A DNA stretch of 64,000 bases from Eledone cirrhosa (Eukaryota), in NCBI GenBank assembly GCA_964016885.1, contig OZ024743.1, positions 40,424,001 through 40,488,000 on the forward strand. The letters are read 5' to 3'. Each line of letters starts with the position of its first letter. Position 1 is the first letter of the stretch. Of the stretch, positions 1-14,136 are shown piece by piece. The notes beneath the pieces were generated by a model, which saw only the letters and a list, made by a program, of their open reading frames with translations, did no database searches and had not been told where the DNA came from. Both the position numbers and the translations under genes were made by a program.

Positions 1-887
1 ATGAAATAAAAATAAGTAAGCAAAAATTGTAGATTCACTTTGTTAATTTGCCATCTCCTCATCTCTTTATCACGAGATTTCATTCGATGTACTTAATGTA
101 TGTCATGGCTTCATTGACACAAACACTATAACATCAGCGTCTTAATTACCTGTCAGCCAATTGATTAATTCCAAAGCATTTATCTACTGATTAACTCCGA
201 TTATGAGAAGCGGGATACTGCCAGTCAGAATATTGACACATAAAAATTGTCAACTTCCTCTTTGTCCCTGTTACATTATATATTATACTTCAATTAAGAG
301 GAAACTTTACACACAACATTCATTTACAAACAGATGTTATCAGTGTCTGCTTCGTGGTGGTACCATATGTGTGTGTTTCTTTGTTTTATTTCGTGTTATT
401 TGTTTTGTTTAGCTTCACTTTTTTTTTTGTTTTCATGTTTCTTATATCTGAGTTCCAATATTGTCCCGTGGTGCTAATATAAATATATGTATATCTGTAA
501 CTATCTGCATAACTATCTATTGATATATCTATCAACCTGTCCATCCATATATATATATATATATGAATATACGGTCTTAAGCCCAACACTCCAATCACAG
601 GAACACAACTATTGTGCGCATAACTCACAAATTGTATAACAATATATACATATATATATATATGCATATATTTATAAGTCGTTTGGAAGCCTCGACAATG
701 CAAATGGGTAAATCTCCGGGTAACAGGGTCCGGTGTAGGGGAGAGAGAGATATGTAAGTGGGTGTACGTTGAGATGCGTGGTGTGTATAGGTGTGTGAGA
801 TGTGTAGAATGAAGGGAAGAGTGAAAGGGTAAAAATAATAATAACAACACAAGAGATAGATAGTTACCTTGGGAGAGATTTAATAGT

Positions 888-923
888 CCCTATATATTTC
901 GGATTCACATCCATCAACTGGGG
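888..923 (-). ncRNA. Degenerate minimal type I hammerhead-like motif
   Basis: Minus strand reads CCC-CAGTTGA-T-GGAT(GTGA)ATCC-GAAA-TATATA-GGG followed by ATTAAA. Stems I and II pair, but the core has two deviations from CUGANGA. Confidence 0.35.
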
Positions 924-1083
924 TTTTTTTCCGGGGTGGGGGAAAAGGTTGTCTGTCGGACAATTCGGGACGCGTCTTTCGCTGTTTAAGATTTGAATAT
1001 CTGAGGTATTCGGTCGGGCGCGCGTGGGCGCGAAATGGGGCCGGCCGCACAGAAGTATATGTATATATTGTTATACAATTTGA

Positions 1084-1114
<31 letters not shown>

Positions 1115-1156
1115 TTTAAAAAATGTATATATATATATACATATACATATATATAT

Positions 1157-2931
1157 TTATTAAAATAACATTAAAGTTTAAGCAAAGAATCGCTGCTTTC
1201 ACCCTTAACGGGATCTTCTGAAACTAACAACGTCAATCTGTAAACGCAGAACTGGATATTTTAAAAAACGTTGCAACCGGAGGAAGACAGGAAGACGATA
1301 CTTTGGTTCGTGGTAACGTTCGCTGGCAAAGAACGGGAAAAAACGAATAATACGTCATTAATAGGAGCGGTGAAAAACAATTACGCGCAAAGACAGAACC
1401 ACGTTTATGGTATAAAAGAGGTCGTAGACTAATGTTCTCTTAGGTGGTGCATAGAGACGTTCTCTGGCAATGAACGAAAAAACGAAGATAATAAGTCATA
1501 TGTGGAGCGTGGAGAACAATAGCACGCAAAAACAAAACCACGTAAATGGTATAGCAGAAGTCGTAGACTAAAATTAATCTCCGCTACAGAGTTAAGAACA
1601 AAGTAAATAAATACAATACAGAAGAAATAGAAACAAATAAATACATACATGCAAACAGATACGTACATACACAAGCATACGCAAAACCTTACCATAGGTA
1701 TACAAAACCACGTACATATAAATATGTGTGTGTGTGTGTATGCTTGTGTACAAATAAATAAATAATTATATCAACGTATATAAGTAAATAAATTCGTATA
1801 CAACAAGCGCACACGCATACCTACATATAAATACACGAATGTTCGGAGACGTAAGTCAACTAAAACAAGGAGTACACATATACACACACCCTACATACGT
1901 ACGAACCTGCATACTCACGCAGACGCAAAACTCCCGTATACACATAGCCAAACCCTAAATACCAGACTATGTAAAAATTATACGCCATAACAGTCAAATA
2001 TACGTACGAGAAAGTATACATACCTTCACAAAACATACGGGTAATATATACTTACCTATGCAAATAAGTAAAGGAATAAACAATACATATACTTAGCTCC
2101 CACATCAAGACGTAAAATATCCACGTATAGTTCGTGCTATCCGTTAGGGTATAACGTGGGGCTGTAATACAGGAAAGTTTTGTGCAATTTATGTTTACAT
2201 GCCGAAATTGCCTCACATTTTTTGTTTAAGATGTGGTCTGTGGCGTAGAGTATTTCTATGGCCTCAGCGGCGCAGAGGTCACTTGGTCTTTTATTTCCGT
2301 TATACGATCTGGCCCTAGCTAGCATCTCCCAGTGTAACTTATATTGGGTGTGGTTATCTTTTAGACTCCAGATATAAGCTGAAAGTGATGTCATATTCCT
2401 TCTTAGAGGGTAGCGAAAAGAATGGGTATGCATGTAAAGACGCTGCTTGAAACTATTGGCGGTTAACCCTATGTAGGCCCTATGGGACGTGGGTGTTACA
2501 ACCTTACATTTGTAGACAATGTTACTAGAGAGGCATTTCCCGGATAGGGGGCAATCAGCCCGATTCCTACAATTACAGTTAGTACTAACTACAGGGTTGC
2601 ACGTGTTCCTAGGGCTAGGTAGTTTAGCTAAATTTGAAGCTGTGATGTTATGTGCAAGGTTAGGAGTCGTAGAGTAAGAAATTTTAATAGTATTTCTATT
2701 AAAAATTTTACTATATTTATGTGTAGGGGGAAAATGCTTCGTAATAAGGGAAAGAAAGATCTTAGCTAATGGTGTGGCCACCTCCATATTATATGGTGGG
2801 TTAAACCAACAAATGCGACGGGATCTATTTCTTCTAGGTCTATTTTCGTACTCTGTATATGCTACCTTATCGACAAATCCACTTCGAGCAAGAGCTTCAT
2901 TGTAATAAGTGGAATGGTCGTTGAAAATACG
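1157..2931 (-). mobile_element. 5'-truncated Penelope-like retroelement, Naiad-type (ORF C-terminus plus ~1 kb 3' UTR/pLTR)
   Basis: Matches 61454-63250. The 3' end abuts (TA)n and the ORF has a GIY-YIG domain. Confidence 0.9.
2137..2931 (-). pseudogene. PLE RT thumb/linker and GIY-YIG endonuclease, truncated
   Basis: WFNPPY, FNRNTIKISYS, CNCRNRADCPLSGKC (CxCx5Cx5C, Naiad/Chlamys signature) and NIVYKC..YIGLT. The N-terminal part of the called 331-aa ORF is microsatellite read-through. Confidence 0.88.
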
Positions 2932-2982
2932 ACCATTCCACTTATTTACTTGTTGTATCCCAACAATTTTAAATAGAACTTT

Positions 2983-3020
<38 letters not shown>

Positions 3021-3021
<1 letters not shown>

Positions 3022-3212
3022 CGAAGGAAATGTGGTAAGGAACCAGATGGACCATAACGCACCAAAGTACTCAATACTTAGGGTAGTAGAGTGGGTAATA
3101 GGAACGAGTAGGACCCCATCGGCTGAGCTCAAGCCGTTTCGACAGCTAATTCTGGACTCGAATTAGCCGTCGAAATGGCTTGAGCTCAGCCGCCGGGGTC
3201 CTACTCGTTCCT
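3021..3212. mobile_element. Hairpin repeat family B inserted in (TA)n
   Basis: Inverted arms ~3098-3150 and 3159-3212 plus a one-sided ~77 bp extension. Homologues at 20651-20841 and 54448-54618. Confidence 0.8.
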
Positions 3213-3684
<472 letters not shown>

Positions 3685-3689
<5 letters not shown>

Positions 3690-5272
3690 AAAAGAAATGT
3701 AATATGCAACTGTAGTCTTTTTAAGAATATATATTTGATTCCTTTACCGGTTTCACAGTTCTTTTGCCTTTCAAAAGTAGAATTGAGATGGAGGGTTTGG
3801 GGTTTTTCTCGCATCTGGTTGGTGTTTGAATGTTACTTCTGTGTTATGTGGAAACAAGTGGCTCGAATGCTAGGATTCTCTAGCAATATGATTTGGTTGT
3901 TTGGTGACTGTCACGTGAATAAGTATAATAAATTTCGCGCCAATTTGCGTTACAATGTTCTGATTGTAATAGCCATTAAAAATGTGGCTCAAATTGTTGT
4001 TTTTTTATAAATGTAATTTGGTTGGTTATGACTGTCATGTGAATAAGTACATCAAATTTCGCGCCAGTTCGTATTTGGGGTTTCTTTATTTCCCTCTTCA
4101 AGTCGCATGATTTGTCATAGTACGTTGCGCGCCAAAATATAATGGTCAAGAAAAAAAGGGGATGGCCAGAATCGTTCTGGTTCAGTGAGTATGGCTGATG
4201 TGCTGAGGTGGCAAAAATCAGATGTTCTATTGAAATAAATTGAATGTTTGTGTCGAGAGTGGTGGTGGTGGCGGCAGGGTAGAAAATACAATATATATTT
4301 TTATTCGTGTGCAAATGTCTGTGTGTGAGTGCAGGATAATGATTCCATTAGCAGAATTGGAAAAGGGTGTTATGTGTGTGGGGAGTATGGTTATTATGTT
4401 AAGGTGTTAAAATATTAACGTATGTTAAAGTCTATTTTAACACAGTAACATGCTAACCATACCCCCCCCCCCCCCCACACACACACACGTACACACACAC
4501 GTACACACACACACCCATACACACACACATAACACTCTTCTCCATTTCTACTAATGGAATCATTTTCATACACACACACACACATTTAGCACACCAATTA
4601 AATATATATATATCTATTTTCTATCTGCCGCCACCACCATATCTCTCGACCTAGCATTCTATTTATTTCAATAGAAAGTCTGAATTTTGACACATCAGCA
4701 CATCAGCCATACTCACTCAACCAAAACGATTTCTCCCCACCCTTTCCTTGACCATCATCTTCTGTTTGGCATAAAACTCACTATGACAAATCATGTGACT
4801 GTGAAAATGGCAATAAAGAACCCCCAAAAACGAACTGGTGCGAAATTTGATTCACGTGACAGTCATCAAGCAACGAAATTACATTTATGAAAAAGAACCC
4901 AGCAATTTGAGTCACATTCTTAAAGGCAAATGCAATAAGAACATTGTAACGGGAACTGGCGCTAAATTTATTATACATATTTACGTGACAGCCATCAACC
5001 AAACAAATTATTAAAAAAAACAAACAACCTAGCATTTCAAGCCACTTTTTTTCCACACGGAATTAACATTCGAACACCAACCAGATGCGAGAAAAACACG
5101 AACTCTCCATCTCAGCTCTATTTTTGAAAAGCATAAGAACTGTGAAACCGGTAAAGGAAAAATATAAATATTCTTAAAAAGACTTAGGTTGCATTTTGGA
5201 TTACTTTTCCTTATACTTTCACTCGTGTAGGACATCTCATTTTTTTTTCATTAAAAAAACCTCCTCATTTTA
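3685..5272. mobile_element. ~1.5 kb diverged fold-back (inverted repeat) element between TA tracts
   Basis: 3685-4420 is the reverse complement of ~4420-5215 (e.g. cctttaccggtttcacagttctt / aagaactgtgaaaccggtaaagg). Confidence 0.8.
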
Positions 5273-5779
5273 TTATATATATATATATATATATATATAC
5301 ACGCAACGCACATATATGTATATATGTCTGTGTGTGTATAAAATGTAAATAGAAATAACAAAACATGCGACACATTGCATTGAAAAAATATATTAGTTTA
5401 ACGCTTCAAATGGCATTGTGTATGTATGTGTGGTGTGTGTGTGTGTGCGTGTGTGGGTGTGTGTGTGTGTGCGTATGGGTGTAAATTTAAATATATGAGA
5501 TAGTGATCTTTAAGCTAGACATTGCCATGGACACTATAAATCTGTGTGCATACATATGTCCGTAAAGACTATTTGTAATCAAATGCGCATGCAGACGACA
5601 TTCAACCATTCAGCTTAACACTTTTTCTTGCCAAGATTGCTGTATAAAAGTAAAGACTATGTAGAATATTCTGCCGTTCTTCAATGAATTTGTTGTGCCA
5701 ACTGTCTGAAGCATGGCTTTATGCTCTTCTTAATATTCAATACTTGCCAATTTCCGGTCATTTAAGAACATTTCACATG

Positions 5780-5857
<78 letters not shown>

Positions 5858-5934
5858 CTGCATACTCTCGTAGGTAAAGTATACATAAATATATTTCATA
5901 TGCTTCCATATACACCTCTGTGATATATATGTAT

Positions 5935-6146
5935 AGTCGATCGACTTTTGTCAATCGGACCGAGGAAACAATATTTCCGTTGGTCTTTCCAATAGCTATT
6001 ACTTTCTATCGGTCACAACTCCATCTAGAAGGAACAACGTGAAATAAAGTGCCTCGCTCAGGGACATAACGCATCGTCCGGTACAGGAATCGAACTTACA
6101 ACCTCACGATTGTTAAACCAAGTCTCTTACCACTCAGCCACGCGCC
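5935..6146 (-). mobile_element. tRNA-derived SINE
   Basis: Minus strand GGCGCGTGGCTGAGTGGTAAG (A box) and GTTCGATTCC (B box), then GTCCCTGAGCGAGGCACTT. Confidence 0.7.
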
Positions 6147-6182
6147 GTCACAATTGTGATATATATATATATATATATATAT

Positions 6183-7332
<1,150 letters not shown>

Positions 7333-7372
7333 GATATTAACAAATGGAAACTGTATTAATATAACTATATTT

Positions 7373-7435
7373 ATTTCATTATACATATTTCAAGGACACC
7401 AAGTTAAATTATGGTGTGCTTTCATCAGATAAAAT
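7373..7435 (-). ncRNA. Type I hammerhead ribozyme (family C, inverted arm)
   Basis: Reverse complement of 7607-7669. Confidence 0.7.
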
Positions 7436-7606
7436 ATAATATAGATCAGTTTTATAAATAAATATTGACATACCCTTAAATAATGCAACCATTACTGTTG
7501 GAAGCTCCCGGATAATTCTCCGGATAGTTCCCGGGAGATTCCAACAGTAATGGTTGCATTCTTTAAGGGTTTGTCAATATTTATTCATAAAACTGATCTT
7601 TATTAT

Positions 7607-7669
7607 ATTTTATCTGATGAAAGCACACCATAATTTAACTTGGTGTCCTTGAAATATGTATAATGAAAT
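7607..7669 (+). ncRNA. Type I hammerhead ribozyme (family C)
   Basis: ATTTTAT-CTGATGA-AAGCACACCA(loop)TGGTGTCCTT-GAAA-TATGT-ATA-ATGAAAT, overlapping AATAAA. Confidence 0.75.
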
Positions 7670-8139
7670 AAATATGGTTTTATAAATATAGTCTCAATTT
7701 GTTAATATCGTATTTTTACTCCAAATATTGAGTGCTTTATATCAAATATTTGCTTGTTGTATCCCAACAATTTAAATAGAACTCTTACACATATATATAT
7801 ATTTATATATATATATATATAAAATAGAATTAGAAATGTTTATCGTATATTGACTACAGTAAAAGGCCTGATAATAGGGCATATAAACCTCCATGGCGGC
7901 AAAAATGGGTATTAACCCCTACTGTAAGTTTAGTCTATTTGTCCAGGTCAATATACGCTGGAAGCATCTAATAGCGATCATATTCTAATTCATCTGAGAT
8001 GAACATATCGGTGTAATCCATCCATTTGAAAATAATGTCTATCTTCACCATCATATTTGGCATGAGCCATATCACTAATATATTCCATTCGCATTTAGAT
8101 TTGTCAAATTAATCTTTCTTGAATCTGTTCTATTGGCGT

Positions 8140-9020
8140 CATTAAAGTTTACATTCGTCATGTTATTCCTTATGAGTTTCAAAAAAGTAGGTCCAGCAGC
8201 AAAATCACTCCAAAACATTTATGGAGATGACGTAGTGATTGAAACATCATCCAGGGGTTGTTGTTCATGATTCAGAAACGGAAACTACAGCCTGCAGGAT
8301 GAATTTAGAGAAGGGCACGAAAGTGGTTTGGGTTCAATGGCATTGGGAGCCACTGTTAATGCAAACCCGGCCGTTACAGTTCGGGAACTAGGCAGGAATT
8401 TCAATATGAGCTACACCCCAATTCCTCGTGAATTGCAAAGAACTGATAAAGGGACAGTGGTTGGTAAATGGGATACGCGTGATCTCTCTGCAGACATTCA
8501 CAACGTAGTGACTGTACACCATTGCATTCTAATGAGTTGCAAATGTATTTTTTAACAGTCAGTACTGGAAATGAGAAATGGATAATTTACTATAATGTTA
8601 AGTGAAGTGGTCAATGGCTCAGTCTTGGTTGAGCCAGCTCAGTCGTGGTTGAGCCAACTCAGTCGTAGTTGAGCCAGCTTAGTCGTGGTTGAGCCAGCTC
8701 CATCGTTGTTGAGCCAGCTCAGTCGTGGTTAAGCCAGCTCAGTCGTAGTTGAGCCAGCTCAGCAGCCAATACGTTACGTACGAAAGATTCTTCTAAGTGT
8801 GTATGGCAGGATATATGTGGAATAATTATCCGTTGCTAGAAGATAATCAAACAATAACAACCAAAGTCTTCTGCCGAACCCTAACACTTTTAAAAGCAGC
8901 TTTGCAGTAAAAACGCCCATAATTAACAAACAGAAAAGGTGTGGTCTTCATCTTGATAACACAAAATCTCACATTGCACAAAGCACTAATCTTCTAGAGA
9001 AATATGCCTGGAAACACCTT
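8140..9020 (+). pseudogene. Mariner (Tc1/mariner) transposase remnant
   Basis: Broken translations HIRHVI.YEF, FRNGNYSLQDE.REG, GKW.TRDL, TGNEKWI.Y.NVK and an HDNARPH-like motif. Confidence 0.7.
8617..8756. repeat. 20-bp minisatellite x7 (gctcagtcgtggttgagcca)
   Basis: Direct tandem units without spacers. Confidence 0.95.
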
Positions 9021-10210
9021 TCTAATAATTGTTTCTACTTTTAGCACAGGGCCAGCAATTACTCAGTACATTACTGGTACTTTATTTTATCGAACCCATA
9101 AAATATGATACAATATATTATAATATAATATAACAAAATGTGATGTGTGCATGAGTGTGTATCTGTCTGTCTGTCTGTATGTATGATTCTACTTATGTAT
9201 ATATGTATGTAAGTCTGAGTGCACAGTAAGCCCACTGGGAGTGAAAGACATTTGATCCACGTTATAATAGTTCTCCAGGAGAGGGAAATTTTGATGCAAA
9301 CTTGCGGCTCATTAGTAACAAAAGATGTCTTTTTGTTCTTTTTTTTTCAAATTATAGCTCTCTGTATTCAGTGAGTGGGATCCATCCAGTTCATTGCTTT
9401 TTCCACACTATGCCTTGCACACTGGCATCACTCGATATCATGAGATATTTGAAGGAAGTAAATGTATAAGTGCTAACACTCAGAAGACTCAAAATAAAAT
9501 CGTTTGATAACCATGCACGTTTACGGCGTGGCTGCCATCATATATATATTTGTGTTTGTATGTGCATGTGAAATCATGTTTCACGCCAATGATGAAATAT
9601 GCAAATTTGGCATATAGAAAAACAAATAATTATGTCTCGTATTAAAAGAAATATATACATATTAATAATTGTTTCTATTTTAGGCACAAGGCCAGCAAAA
9701 TAATATTGTTTAGCTATTAGAGAATCGTCGGTACTATATATTTGTTCACGTACACATTGTCAGGGTTGTAACACATGTACACTATGGGAACTGAGGAAGT
9801 GTCATTTACCATAGGCACTGGCCGGCCCTACGTTTGCAAAATTGGATAGAAAAGAGTCTATAGAAACCCGTCGACTAATTCAATGGGGCAGCCGTTGTCA
9901 AGCTGCCTTTATTTGAGAAGCATGTTAATAACACTGGTATGTGGCATATTCAACCAATTTGCATGCTAATACAAGAAAGTTTGATTAGATGATTGGACAA
10001 CTGGATGATCGTCACAATGTCTCTACCCGACAGGATAATCTAACATATTAACATACATATTTGCATTTATATATAAATTCGCCTCCCCCATACATATGTG
10101 TGTATGTACACAAATATATGTATATATTTATACACACACACACACACCACACACACGCGCACACACACACACACACACTCACACATACACACATATATAT
10201 ATATATAATA

Positions 10211-10253
<43 letters not shown>

Positions 10254-10320
10254 TCTTTTACTCTTTGTTCTTGAATGTTTCGTTGGTAGAGTCCATAACA
10301 CCAATCAAACCCCTTTTATA

Positions 10321-10365
10321 GCTCTGACGAATCCTACGGTTACGTAAGGAAGAAACATTGTAAGC
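10321..10365 (+). ncRNA. Minimal type I hammerhead ribozyme in a ~160 bp insert between TA tracts
   Basis: GCT-CTGACGA-ATCCTACG(GTTA)CGTAAGGAA-GAAA-CATT-GTA-AGC then AATAAA. Confidence 0.65.
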
Positions 10366-10483
10366 CAATAAAAATCTTTTGATGTTGTAGATGCTCTTGT
10401 GTTCTTTATCATATATATATATATATATGTGTGTGTATGTGTGTGTGTATTAAATTATTTGTATATATATCTGTCCGGTGATT

Positions 10484-10672
10484 ATAATTGTTTCTACTAT
10501 AGGCACAAGGCCAGCAATTATCCAGTACATTACTGGTACTTTATTTTATCGACCCCGTAAGGATGAAAGGCAAAGTTAACCTCAACGGGATTTGAACTCA
10601 GACCGTAAAGGGACGTAACTATGCTGGAAATCATGGCGTCCGACCCTCTACCGATACTGCCAATTCACCACC
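10484..10672 (-). mobile_element. tRNA-derived SINE with Nin-like core
   Basis: Reverse complement of 15301-15487, with A/B boxes and ctttgcctttcatccttacggggtcgataaaataaagtaccag. Confidence 0.85.
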
Positions 10673-11007
10673 CGTGATTCACTGTCCGGTGATTATAATG
10701 CATGCCAGCAAGAATACCTGCATGCATACTGTCAGCATTTACCGATTTCTGTTTAACACCTTTTGTTGCCAAAATTACTTCCTAACACTGAACTGTTTGT
10801 AAAATAGTTTCCGCGTCCTTCACTGCATCTATAATGCCAAATATCTGGGGACTGGCTGTATGCCATTCTTAATTTTAAATTCTTGGCAATTTCCGGTTAT
10901 TGTATATAGACGTATAGTTAAACGCTCACACATACACATATAGAAACACACACTCACTCAAGCACACACACATACATACATTCACACACACACACACACA
11001 CACACAT

Positions 11008-11038
<31 letters not shown>

Positions 11039-13088
11039 GGTGTATGTATTATATGTATGTATGAATGCATGTATGTTTGTATGCATGCAAGCATTTATGT
11101 ATGTATGTATGTATGAAAGTATGTATTAATGTAAGTATGTATGAATGAATGATGTACGTTTGTATGAATGTATGTATAACGTATATATTCAGACATCCTC
11201 TCTCCAACAGACCATTTCCTCCAGGGAAGCACAATGAACTTGGATTATTATGAGGAACAGAATATAATTCCGTTGCCAGAATGAAAATGAAAACAGAATG
11301 GAATGGACCACGATTTAGCATGGAGATGAGAGTCTTATTATTTAAACCAAGAATGTCATGGTTGCTGTTTATTTTGTTCTAGTTATTATTTTAATGTTGC
11401 TTCTGCTACTACAGCTGACAGTGTACCTGACGGTGATTTTGGTGATGTTGCTATAACTATTTTTGTATTTAAATCTGCTGTTTCCTTCCTGTGGCTTCCA
11501 TTTCTAACAATTCCTTACGCACTTCTACTGCACCACTTGTTAGACAATTCTATAGTTAAATTGCCTTCACCATTTTTGTGGCGTGTTCAGCACATATGTT
11601 AAGGATATAACACTTCTGTAGCGGTATGCTTTCTGTAGCGCTGCAATGTCTATTGATAAAGCATTCACATAGAAGAATTTAGACACTGTACTCAGTAATT
11701 TTATTATAACAGAAATTATTGATATCTTTGAGCTGTTTCTCAACCTTTTTGATTACCAATTTAGATTATAGTATTTAATAATCTTCATGTTTTACTTTTC
11801 TTTCACCCTGGTGGCATATGTGCTGGTTACATCTGTTACCGTACAAAAACTAGAATCTTTCTGTAATGCAAATATTCTTGAAAGCTTCAGTTTCATGTCT
11901 ATCTGGAATTTCATGTGCAATGTAGTTTTGTTTTTTCATTGTTATTTTAACCACTTTCGTTGGATTTTATTCACAACACTTTTTTGTCCTTTCGAGATTA
12001 TATTTTACACATTTGCCTCTAATTTTAATTGTGACGTGTCACCAATCTCTTCGCAGTTTCCGTGTCACTTTCGTATGCTCTGATATTAAGTGAGCTACAT
12101 CTCTTCACTTACTCCATTTTATCACTATCTCTTCTGATGCCTGGTGAGCTTATGGCCTTTTATTGGGCTGCAATTAAAACCATTCAGATAATCTTTTTCT
12201 TAACCAATTCTGTTATCAGTAGAAGATTTACAGGATTGAACAAAAGTGATGCGTTATTTGTTCTGGTTCTTTTAGTTCTGAAATCAAACCATAAAAGTCA
12301 ATGTTTTGTATTTCATCAATTTGGGGTCGATAAATCATAATATCAGCCGATTTAGTCATCTTTCGCGACCCTACAACAACGATGGCCTTGTTCATAAATT
12401 TAACAGAATGAACTTGAATATATATATAATTGTGTGTGTGTGGTGGAGGGAGGTTGTGTGTGTCGTTTTGTTTATGTGTATGTAGGAATGATTACGAATG
12501 CAGGATACTAAGCTTTTCATGTTTTAATGAATTCATAAAACTACCGCAATGCGCATTTCTGGATATATCTTTTAGTCGATTTCATAAGTTATGTCAGACA
12601 GACGAATTATCATCAGACTACAAGCTAAAGATAAAGATAAGATGTACATAATGATGGAAACATCGAGCAGAGAATTGCCCGATATGTTATAGTGTTGTTC
12701 CATCACATGATAAAACAACACCAACAGTAGTATATCAATGTTACTGATGCCACAGAGACACTACTTTCCCATAATTGCTCAATCATCTACTCTCTCTTAA
12801 TTTTGAACACCACTCCGTGATCAGAACCAACCAGTGAACGCTCTTAACAGCAAATTTAGCAGTTTGTATCAATTGTACTGATACCTGTATATTCACACGA
12901 TAATGTATAAAGACATTATATATTGTCTGAAACCGATCGCACTTCGACTTGCCTACTAATTACAGAGAAAAATCGGAATGAGAGCTTACAAGTTTAGCGA
13001 CAGTAGTGAAGTGATAGTACACAAACAAAATATACACTAAGGTGAACAACAAAATAAACATAGGAAGCATTAACATTACTGATATATA

Positions 13089-13163
<75 letters not shown>

Positions 13164-13202
13164 ATGTATTATGTGTGTGTCTGTTTAAATATATAATATA
13201 TG

Positions 13203-13316
<114 letters not shown>

Positions 13317-14136
13317 AGTGTGTGCATACATTTATATTTGCATACCCACACACTGACAAAACATATATATGTATATATGCAGAAGCATTTACATACATAA
13401 TTACACACATATGTGTATTAGTGTTTTTAAACATTAACATTAATCTGATGGAAAATATCGTACGTGCAAATAAAAAAACATATAACCCATCATAATAATT
13501 ATATCAGTTTAAAGAATGTCATGTCTTTCATATGGTTTCTTGAATGTTATTAGTCTTTCTCTTATCTACATGAAATCTTCTTTTCCGTTATGGAGTCTCT
13601 CAAATATTTCTATGTCTTCACAACAAATGATAATTTCTTTAAGACTAAACTATTTTCCAAAATGTATAAACTGCAGTTTACAAATAGTTTGAAAAAAAAA
13701 CTAAAAAAAACTTATTTTGCGGTCATCACTTACTTTTCAGAAAACAAATAACAGATATATTCGAAAACATAGACAACCCAATGCAGATAACTATAATAAT
13801 AGTGGATCACCATAAATAATATTTAAATAAATCAGATAAGGAACGTCTGGATTTAGGAAAAGCGAACAGAGTTACATGTTTCACTTCAATTGTGCTTTAC
13901 CTGAATCTTTCTACTATTATTATAGTTAATAAAGTACCAGTAATGCACTGGTGAATTTGCTGGCCTTGTGCCAAAAGTAGAATCATTTATTATAGTTAAT
14001 TGTAGTGATGTGATTATACTCTCAATCTGCATGTTTCGTAATGCTTCGTAAGTCAATAGGAAATGTTAACGTATATTATATTTGCTAGAGAGAAAAACTG
14101 AATATTAGAATAAATAAGATGATATATATGTGAAAG

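Larger units (their letters stand above)
7331..7790. mobile_element. Family C hairpin insert in (TA)n
   Basis: Palindrome 7331-7711 centred ~7520 plus a ~79 bp right extension. Homologues at 19975-20620 and 2947-2987. Confidence 0.85.

Noticed and set aside
8617-8756. CRISPR-like palindromic repeats
   Set aside because: Units are contiguous with no unique spacers, there are no cas genes, and they lie inside a mariner remnant.
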